This document shows positions 36,386 through 47,329 of a stretch of 47,329 bases of DNA, piece by piece. Made by a program: the position numbers and the translations under genes. The notes under the pieces are model-generated. The model saw only the letters and a list, made by a program, of their open reading frames with translations, was not told where the DNA came from and made no database searches. Source of the DNA: Abditibacteriota bacterium (GTDB lineage Bacteria > Armatimonadota > UBA5829); assembly GCA_017959625.1 (NCBI GenBank), contig JAGDAG010000276.1, positions 1-47,329 on the forward strand, written 5' to 3'. Each line of letters begins with the position of its first letter. Position 1 is the stretch's first letter.

Positions 36386-36922
36386 ATGACGGAAAGACTG
36401 TTTGTTGACAGGAAGACCCTGAATATTATCCTGTTGGGCATAGCCGCGCTTATTCTTTTGTGCGGCTGCAGCCCGCGCCAACCCGGAACGGCTAAGGAAG
36501 ACCCCGGGAACGGAGTCAAATCAGGATCAAATGCGTTTGATCGGGAGCCTGTGGATATGACGGAGGCCGATTCGACCGTCATAGCGGAAGAGGGTTACGA
36601 CAGGGACCGGCCGGCGTTTTTTTTGCTTTCCGCGCTCTGTTTCCCGTTGACTGAAACGCGGCTTTTTTGGTATAATAATAAAGTAATATTGAAAAAAACG
36701 GGCTTTGCTCCCCGGGCATTTCTCCGGGTCTTGCCGGCTGCTGCCGGCTCGCAGGACCCTGCCGGAGGGGCGGCCGTTTACAGGGATTTAGCGGCAGGTC
36801 ATAAGACCTGCCTCTTTCTTTTTTCGGTCCGGCGGACGGCGCCGGAGGTTTGTTGTTCTTATCGGGCATACACAGGAGGGAACCCCAATGTGCGGTATAG
36901 TCGGATTTACGGGAAAACATAA
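36386..36922 (+). CDS. Hypothetical small lipoprotein; the 3' two thirds of the ORF are doubtful
   Basis: AGGAGG RBS (36371-36376), then MTERLFVDRKTLNIILLGIAALILLCGC, a signal peptide with a lipobox-like LCGC. After the T8 run at 36617-36624 the ORF reads through a promoter, a terminator and the glmS start. Confidence 0.35.
   Translation: MTERLFVDRKTLNIILLGIAALILLCGCSPRQPGTAKEDPGNGVKSGSNAFDREPVDMTEADSTVIAEEGYDRDRPAFFLLSALCFPLTETRLFWYNNKVILKKTGFAPRAFLRVLPAAAGSQDPAGGAAVYRDLAAGHKTCLFLFSVRRTAPEVCCSYRAYTGGNPNVRYSRIYGKT
36647..36676 (+). promoter_or_regulatory. Candidate promoter of the glmS leader
   Basis: TTGACT (36647-36652), 18 nt, TGgTATAAT (-10 at 36671-36676). Confidence 0.6.
36793..36826 (+). 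terminator. Intrinsic terminator inside the glmS 5' leader (attenuator candidate)
   Basis: GGCAGGTC, loop ATAA, GACCTGCC, then TCTTTCTTTTTT, ending about 60 nt before the glmS ATG. Upstream GACCCTGCC (36755-36763) could pair with the left arm instead. Confidence 0.65.
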
Positions 36923-38711
36923 TGCGGCCCCCATTCTTCTTGAAGGGCTGAAGAAGCTGGAATACAGAGGCTACGATTCGGCGGGCATCGCCGTTATGAA
37001 CGGCAGCGAGATATCGGTGGATAAAGTGACCGGCCGTATATCAAATCTTTGTGAAAAGACCCGGGACGGCGGGGCGGTGCCGGGGCTTTGCGGCATAGGC
37101 CATACCCGCTGGGCCACCCACGGGGCCCCCACGGAAGAAAACGCCCATCCCCATCTGTCCAACGACGGCAGGTTTGCCGTGGTCCACAACGGCATCATAG
37201 AAAACTACCTTGCACTGCGCGAAGAGCTCACGGAAGCCGGCTACCGCTTTGAGAGCGAGACCGATACGGAAGTCATAGTGCATCTTATAGAGATGTATTA
37301 CAAGGGCAGCATGCGCGAGGCCCTTATCAACACTGCCAACCGCCTTCACGGCTCCTACGCCCTGGGGGTGATCTGCTCCGAGGATCCGGGCAAAATATAT
37401 GCTGCCCGTGAGGCAAGCCCCCTTATCCTGGGCGTGGGCCCGGAAGAAAACTTTTTTGCTTCCGACGTGACTGCTCTGGTGAACAATACCCGCAATATGA
37501 TCTACCTGGAGGACGGCGAATTTGCAGAGCTGTCTCCGGACGCGGCCAGGGTCTTTGACGTTACAGGCCAGGATATCCGCAAATCTCCCGTGCGTATCAC
37601 CTGGGACGTCCAGGCTGCGGAAAAGGGCGGTTACGACCATTTTATGCTGAAGGAGATAATGGAGCAGCCCGGGGCCGTGAAGGCAACCATTGCTCCCAGG
37701 ATAAAGGACGGCAGAGTGTTTTTTGAGGAGCTGTCTTTTTCCCGCCCGGACCTTCAGAACATACGCAAGATAATCATCACCGCCTGCGGCTCCGCCTATC
37801 ACGCCGGCTGCGCCGGCAGATACGCTCTGGAAAAGCTTTGCCGCATCCCCGTGGAGATAGAGCTGGCCAGCGAGCTACGCTACAGCGACCCTCTTATAGA
37901 CGAGCATACCCTTGTGATAGTGATCAGCCAGTCCGGCGAGACTGCGGATACCATAGCCGCCCTGAAGGAATGCAGGGAGCGGGGAGCGAAGACCATAGCC
38001 ATTGTAAACGTGGTGGGCAGCACCATCGCTTCTCTGGCAGACAGCACTATATATACGTGGGCGGGGCCGGAGATCGCCGTGGCCACCACAAAGGGCTACA
38101 CCACCCAGATAACCATCCTTTATATGCTGGCCGTATATTTCAGCAGCATCCTGGGGTATATAGCCGGAGCCGAGGTGGCGTATACCGATGAGATCCAGCA
38201 GCTGCCGAGCCGCATACAGCAGGCAATAGACCTGAACCCCTCCGCAGAAGCGCTGGCTAAAAAGTATCACCGCTCAAAGGCCCTTTTCTTTATCGGCAGG
38301 AACACCGATTACGCGGTGGCTCTGGAGGGCGCCCTCAAGATGAAGGAGATATCCTACGTCCATTCGGAGGCCTACGCGGCGGGAGAGCTGAAACACGGGA
38401 CCATCGCCCTCATAGAAGAAAAACAGCCGGTGATAGCCCTGTGTTGCAATCACGCTATCATGGAAAAGACCCTCAGCAATATAGTCGAGGTGAAAAGCCG
38501 GGGGGCGAAGGTCCTTGCCCTTACCTTCCGCAACAACCAGAAGATACTTTCCGTGGCGGACGATCTGCTGTTCATACCGGATGTGGACGCCGTTTTCTCC
38601 GCCGCCATCGAGATAGTGCCGCTGCAGCTTCTGGCATACTACGTTGCCAGGGAAAACGGCTGCGACATAGACAAGCCGAAAAACCTGGCAAAATCCGTAA
38701 CCGTGGAATAA
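36888..38711 (+). CDS. glmS: Glutamine--fructose-6-phosphate aminotransferase
   Basis: MCGIVGF N-terminal Cys nucleophile, tandem SIS domains, and the C-terminal KPKNLAKSVTVE. Confidence 0.96.
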   Translation: MCGIVGFTGKHNAAPILLEGLKKLEYRGYDSAGIAVMNGSEISVDKVTGRISNLCEKTRDGGAVPGLCGIGHTRWATHGAPTEENAHPHLSNDGRFAVVHNGIIENYLALREELTEAGYRFESETDTEVIVHLIEMYYKGSMREALINTANRLHGSYALGVICSEDPGKIYAAREASPLILGVGPEENFFASDVTALVNNTRNMIYLEDGEFAELSPDAARVFDVTGQDIRKSPVRITWDVQAAEKGGYDHFMLKEIMEQPGAVKATIAPRIKDGRVFFEELSFSRPDLQNIRKIIITACGSAYHAGCAGRYALEKLCRIPVEIELASELRYSDPLIDEHTLVIVISQSGETADTIAALKECRERGAKTIAIVNVVGSTIASLADSTIYTWAGPEIAVATTKGYTTQITILYMLAVYFSSILGYIAGAEVAYTDEIQQLPSRIQQAIDLNPSAEALAKKYHRSKALFFIGRNTDYAVALEGALKMKEISYVHSEAYAAGELKHGTIALIEEKQPVIALCCNHAIMEKTLSNIVEVKSRGAKVLALTFRNNQKILSVADDLLFIPDVDAVFSAAIEIVPLQLLAYYVARENGCDIDKPKNLAKSVTVE

Positions 38712-38716
38712 TTGAC

Positions 38717-38754
38717 CCTTGCCGGAATTCATTGAATTCCGGCAAGGTTTTTTT
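38717..38754 (+). terminator. Strong intrinsic terminator after glmS
   Basis: A 14-bp perfect stem, CCTTGCCGGAATTC/GAATTCCGGCAAGG, followed by T7. Confidence 0.9.
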
Positions 38755-38769
38755 GAAAGGTCGTTATAA

Positions 38770-43332
<4,563 letters not shown>

Positions 43333-43378
43333 CAGCCGCCGGAAACAGCCCGGCGCATCAACGTATAAGGAGAAAAAA

Positions 43379-44488
43379 ATGTATCATTCCGATATCATCG
43401 GTTTTTATTCCACACGAAAAGAATACGGCTGCTTCAGCAACTGGTATCGCGCCCCATTTACGTACGCGGGGGTCCGCTACAGCTGCGTGGAGCAGTATAT
43501 GATGGCTCAGAAGGTGGTCCTGGGGAACCGGTTCGATCTGCTGGATAAGATAATGGCCGCAGGACACCCGGGGAAAATGAAGGCCCTTGCCGGAAAGGAC
43601 AGCTATCCCGAATTCATGGACATCAAGCCCGTTTGGGATATGCATTGCAGGCATATAGTCAAAAGAGGAGTGAAGGCAAGGTTCCTTCAGAACCCGGAGG
43701 ATATGAGAGAGCTTCTGGATACCGGCAGCGCCCTCTTATGCGAGTGTTCCCCGGACGACCGTATCTGGGGGATAGGCATTGAGCAGAGCAGCGGCGACTG
43801 GAGAGACGAAGCAAACTGGAACGGCAGCAACTATCTGGGGATAGTCCTCATGGAGGCCAGGGAGGAGCTGCGCAGAGAGATATATGAAAAAGGCGCCGCG
43901 GAATTTATTGATTTCAGAAACGCTCCGCCCGTTCCCCAGTGGCTCATAAAGGCCGGCGAGCTCCGCCGCATCCCGCAGTATTACCCCATTATCCACGCCT
44001 ATTGCGATCAGATACCTTCCGGCGAAAAAAGAGAAGCCTTTTATTCCCGCAGCCTTCGGGAGATCGAGGGACTCCTCGGGGCGGGAGACGCTGTGTTTCC
44101 CCGGGGCGGTTTTTTTGAAATGAAGCAGGAGATATATGAAACGGCCCGCAGCCTTGCCTTTCGCCATTTTGTTTCCGAAGTTTTCGGCGAGCCCCCCGCC
44201 CGTTGGGGAACGAGTGGCGATCCCTATTTCTGGGATGCCCTGAAAAACCGTTTTCTGTTTACCGATATCGATACGGAAGACGAGGTCATAACCGAAAGCG
44301 TTTACGGGGCGTACAAGGAAAAAACGGGACGTCTTCCCGAGCCGGGAGCTGCGGGATACGTTGAGGAATATGACCGCGGCGGCGGCATGTCGGCAGGCTG
44401 CGTCAGCGGAGAGTGGGTAGTTTCCGTATGCATCCCCACTATAATTGAGAGGCTGGAAAAACTGAGGGAGGAGCATAAAAAATGGTGA
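43379..44488 (+). CDS. NADAR (YbiA/DUF1768-like) domain protein with an uncharacterised ~190-aa C-terminal region
   Basis: AAGGAG RBS, then MYHSDIIGFYSTRKEYGCFSNWYRAPFTYAGVRYSCVEQYMMAQK...DRIWGIGI...NYLGIVLMEAR, which is the NADAR pattern. I recognise no motif in the C-terminal half. The ORF-track start at 43247 lies inside purF. Confidence 0.7.
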   Translation: MYHSDIIGFYSTRKEYGCFSNWYRAPFTYAGVRYSCVEQYMMAQKVVLGNRFDLLDKIMAAGHPGKMKALAGKDSYPEFMDIKPVWDMHCRHIVKRGVKARFLQNPEDMRELLDTGSALLCECSPDDRIWGIGIEQSSGDWRDEANWNGSNYLGIVLMEAREELRREIYEKGAAEFIDFRNAPPVPQWLIKAGELRRIPQYYPIIHAYCDQIPSGEKREAFYSRSLREIEGLLGAGDAVFPRGGFFEMKQEIYETARSLAFRHFVSEVFGEPPARWGTSGDPYFWDALKNRFLFTDIDTEDEVITESVYGAYKEKTGRLPEPGAAGYVEEYDRGGGMSAGCVSGEWVVSVCIPTIIERLEKLREEHKKW

Positions 44489-45882
44489 TACTCATAACCG
44501 GGGCCACCCACACCGGCAAGACGCTCCTTGCCAAAAAGCTGGCGGAAAAATATAAAGTCCCCTGCGCGTCCATGGATCACCTGAAGATGGGGCTCATCCG
44601 CAGCGGCGTCTGCCCTCTTTCGCCGGAGGACGACGATAAGCTGACGGGCTATTTGTGGCCCGTAGTGCGGGAGATGATAAAAACAGTGGTGGAGAACCGG
44701 CAGGACCTTATAATAGAAGGCTGCTACGTGCCGGGGTGGTGGCAAAGGGACTTTTCGGAAAAATACCTGCGCCATATACGTTTTATCTGCCTTGCAATGA
44801 CGGACAGGTACATAGATTCTCATTTTGAAAAGATCAAAGCCCACGCCATGGATATCGAGGCGCGGCTTGACGATTCGCATATCACCCCGGAGTACCTTAA
44901 AGAGGAGAACGGCCGGTATATGGATCGTTTCGATGGCAGCGGCCTTGTTGCCATCGACGAAAGCTACAAAAGCGCCGTGGAGAAGCTTTTCCACTTTAAG
45001 TTCCTCAGAAGCCTTCCCCCTGCGGGGGAGGTGTTCCGCAAGGACCGGATCGCCGAAAAATACGCTCCGTTCTGGGAGTGGCTCGGAAAACAGCCCGGCC
45101 GTTACGTGATACTGCCGTATAAAAAGATCGCATATATAGCGGGGTTTGCCGGTGAGTCCGGAGAAGACATCAAAGAGATATGCAAGACCGAAGCGCGGAG
45201 GCACGGCTGGGAGCCCTATATTTTTACCAAGTACAAGGATGAGATACGCTTTACGAGGCTGCACAAAGGAGACGTTTATTTTGTCCACGGAGAAGGGGGC
45301 AGCCCCGACGACGGCAAAGGCTACGCCCCTCTTTTCCCCGGCTGGACGACGATCCTGGAAATGTATAAACAGGGCTCTCCCAAAGAGGCAGCGGAGAGCA
45401 TGGGGCCTTCTGCCGCCGAACCGGAAAAATACGTTCCGGTGATCCTTATCGCCGAAAGCTTCGGAGCGTATTACGCCATGCATTCCGGTATGGAAGGCTT
45501 TGCGGACATGGCGTTTTTTATCTCTCCCGTATTGGACATGGAAAAGTATATCGCCGACAGGCTGCGGCAGAACGGTTTGACGGAAGAATATCTCAAAGAA
45601 TGCGGCGGCCTGGAGCTTGAGGACGGGGAGGTCCTTTGGTGGGACCATCTGCAGTATGCCAGGGAACATCCCATAAAATGGAGCGTTCCCACGGAGATCG
45701 TCTGCGGCAGCGAAGACAGCTATACCTCTGCGGAGACCTACGCCGCATTTGCCGAAAAACATAACGCGCGGCTTCACGTCCTGAAAGGGGCGGGGCACCG
45801 GTTTAGCGCAAAAAAAGAACGGGAGTTTGTAAACCGCGTCATAACCGAGGGCCTGGAGGCTTTTGAAAGGCAAACAAAATGA
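44482..45882 (+). CDS. Three-module fusion: P-loop kinase-like NTPase, unknown middle module, alpha/beta-hydrolase
   Basis: Walker A ITGATHTGKTLL and Walker-B-like DLIIEG. Middle module KYAPFWEWLGKQPGRYVILPYKKIAYIAGF. C-terminus has a nucleophile elbow ILIAESFGAYY, then GSEDS and GAGHRF. 7-nt overlap (ATGgTGA) with the NADAR gene. Confidence 0.65.
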   Translation: MVILITGATHTGKTLLAKKLAEKYKVPCASMDHLKMGLIRSGVCPLSPEDDDKLTGYLWPVVREMIKTVVENRQDLIIEGCYVPGWWQRDFSEKYLRHIRFICLAMTDRYIDSHFEKIKAHAMDIEARLDDSHITPEYLKEENGRYMDRFDGSGLVAIDESYKSAVEKLFHFKFLRSLPPAGEVFRKDRIAEKYAPFWEWLGKQPGRYVILPYKKIAYIAGFAGESGEDIKEICKTEARRHGWEPYIFTKYKDEIRFTRLHKGDVYFVHGEGGSPDDGKGYAPLFPGWTTILEMYKQGSPKEAAESMGPSAAEPEKYVPVILIAESFGAYYAMHSGMEGFADMAFFISPVLDMEKYIADRLRQNGLTEEYLKECGGLELEDGEVLWWDHLQYAREHPIKWSVPTEIVCGSEDSYTSAETYAAFAEKHNARLHVLKGAGHRFSAKKEREFVNRVITEGLEAFERQTK

Positions 45883-46165
45883 TCCCCGCGGGGCTTTTGT
45901 GAGAAAGATCGGGGAGTGAAACAGCCTGAACGCCCAAAAGAGTCTTTCTGGACCGGAATGCTTAAGGGCCTGTCCTGTATTACGGATACTTTCGTTAAGC
46001 AGGAGAATGTGTTATACTGGTTTCGGAACGTTTTTTTTATTCACGCCGGAAAAGTATGCGGCAGATGTGTTATTAATGAGCCCGTATACTTCAGGAATGA
46101 AAGCGTATTATCGATACAGATCCTGTTCCTGCAGGCCGGAAGTGTCGAAGATAACGAGGTTTGTA

Positions 46166-47311
46166 ATGAGCAATTTTGATTTAGATGAACCCAATGGTCA
46201 TTCATATGCCGAAGTTATGAAAACAGAGGTGTCACCGGAGGATTATGTTGATTCTGGTTCTGTGTCTCCGGACGAGCGCCCGTTTTACCGGCCTGACGAA
46301 TACTATACTTTTTATCCGTATAATAATAAACTGTTCACACGAGTCGTAGAATTTGAAAAAAGAAAACAGATCTCATATCCTTCGGCAAGAGGTCTTTATG
46401 TTGCGGAAATACTGCTTTTGGAATATTGCAGTCACGGCAAATATCCCAAACCAAAAGCCGGTTATCCGGGTTTCTGGTGGTTTGAATACGGTTTACGCGA
46501 TATCGGGCATGCTTTGGAATCGCTGGAAAAACGAGGCTTTATCCGTTGGGCTTCGAAAAAAGGCTGCCTTCATGGGCTGAATGTTGCGGTATTGAAGCAG
46601 ATACTGGCAAATGCCGGTCTTCCCGAAAACGGACGAAAAAACGAGCTTATTGACAGAATCGTATCGGATATACCCGAAGAACAGATAGTGATACCGGATT
46701 ACGTTCCGAAATACGAATTGACGGATACGGGAAAAAAGGAACTGGAAGAAAACGGCTATATCCCGTATATCCACAAAAACAATAAATCCATTCTCATAAA
46801 TATTTGGGAGATCAATAAGCTGTTTCCTGACGGAAATGCGACAAATTGGCGTAAAGTCGTAGGTGAAATGGAAGAGGATCGTCTAGGGATAAATATGGCA
46901 GACGCTGCCCCTGTGCCGGATAACGAGAACGGTGTTCCTGTGACCGGAGAAGATATTCGCAGGCATCTTGCAGATATGCAGGAGACTATCAAAAAGGGAA
47001 TCAGGACAAAAGGCGACGGATATAATGAAGAGGCAAAAGGACTTGAACTTAAGGCGGCCGGCAGAGACAGGGAAGCATTGGTGTATCTTTTTATTTCTAT
47101 CGGAAAACGTTTCGCGGCTCCGGCGTTGTACAAGGAAACTGCGGTGATCTTGCGCAGATACGGGCTTTACAAAGAGGAACTGTCTGTGATAGATACCGGA
47201 ATTGAGGTGTTGACAACGGCCGGTTTATATAATGGCGAAATGATCTCCCGCAGAGAAAAACTGCTGGAACTTATTATAAAAAAAGCCCGTGTGCCGTTAA
47301 GATGGTCCTGA
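46166..47311 (+). CDS. Hypothetical protein with a SAP-like helix-extended-helix motif; visibly lower GC
   Basis: The ATG at 46166 (MSNFDLDEPNG) is preferred over the start at 46007. LNVAVLKQILANAGLPENGRKNELIDRIVSDI matches the SAP motif pattern. It is A/T-rich compared with every other gene in the window. Confidence 0.55.
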   Translation: MSNFDLDEPNGHSYAEVMKTEVSPEDYVDSGSVSPDERPFYRPDEYYTFYPYNNKLFTRVVEFEKRKQISYPSARGLYVAEILLLEYCSHGKYPKPKAGYPGFWWFEYGLRDIGHALESLEKRGFIRWASKKGCLHGLNVAVLKQILANAGLPENGRKNELIDRIVSDIPEEQIVIPDYVPKYELTDTGKKELEENGYIPYIHKNNKSILINIWEINKLFPDGNATNWRKVVGEMEEDRLGINMADAAPVPDNENGVPVTGEDIRRHLADMQETIKKGIRTKGDGYNEEAKGLELKAAGRDREALVYLFISIGKRFAAPALYKETAVILRRYGLYKEELSVIDTGIEVLTTAGLYNGEMISRREKLLELIIKKARVPLRWS

Positions 47312-47329
47312 TTTCGGAAAGAGCCTGCA

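Noticed and set aside
35827-36582. Five short ORFs (35827..36024 +, 35969..36166 -, 36124..36582 -, 36156..36347 +, 36221..36481 -).
   Set aside because: They overlap the tRNA-Arg and tmRNA genes. The RNA-gene interpretation explains the sequence fully.
36680-36887. Possible glmS ribozyme upstream of glmS.
   Set aside because: I looked for the conserved core strings as I remember them (AGCGCC.GAACU at the cleavage site, GACGAGGAUGG, UUCGGCGGAUGCC) and found none. I report the region as an unclassified leader instead. A covariance-model scan would settle it.
45884-45900. Terminator after the P-loop/hydrolase gene (TCCCCGCGGGGCTTTTG).
   Set aside because: CCCCGCGGGG can form only a 3-4-bp stem with a minimal loop, followed by just four Ts. 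That is too weak to annotate confidently.

Overview
Almost everything is on the + strand and most of it is housekeeping. Bases 1-17.7 kb hold the distal S10 operon plus the spc and alpha ribosomal-protein operons (rplB to rplQ, with secY-adk-map-infA-rpmJ), then truA-rplM-rpsI and a clear terminator. The rplQ-truA-rplM-rpsI order and the Zn-type S14 look Firmicutes/Clostridia-like, but no ECF-transporter genes sit between rplQ and truA. I cannot assign taxonomy without a database search. An EF-G-II-like GTPase gene sits tightly between rplE and rpsN. From 17.8-25.5 kb there is an accessory stretch: a DUF4838-like secreted gene split by one in-frame TAG, the only minus-strand gene (a Y-family DNA polymerase), a secreted TIM-barrel glycoside hydrolase with a discoidin-like tail, and an M3 oligoendopeptidase. 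Next come fba, mfd, and secA-prfB (classic +1 frameshift) with two overlapping secreted-protein genes. These are followed by a tRNA-Arg(GCG) and tmRNA pair behind one consensus promoter, and a doubtful small lipoprotein ORF. glmS is preceded by a promoter-plus-terminator leader with no recognisable glmS ribozyme, and is followed by a tight guaA-pyrG-purF block. The window ends with a translationally coupled NADAR-domain gene and a P-loop/unknown/alpha-beta-hydrolase fusion gene, then a visibly lower-GC gene for a SAP-motif protein. I saw no rRNA, CRISPR array, transposase or integrase. The many long ORFs antisense to real genes are GC-rich-genome artefacts. The best leads are the NADAR/kinase-hydrolase pair, the EF-G-II paralog inside the spc operon, and the glmS leader. 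All functional calls come from reading translated motifs from memory; no searches were run.
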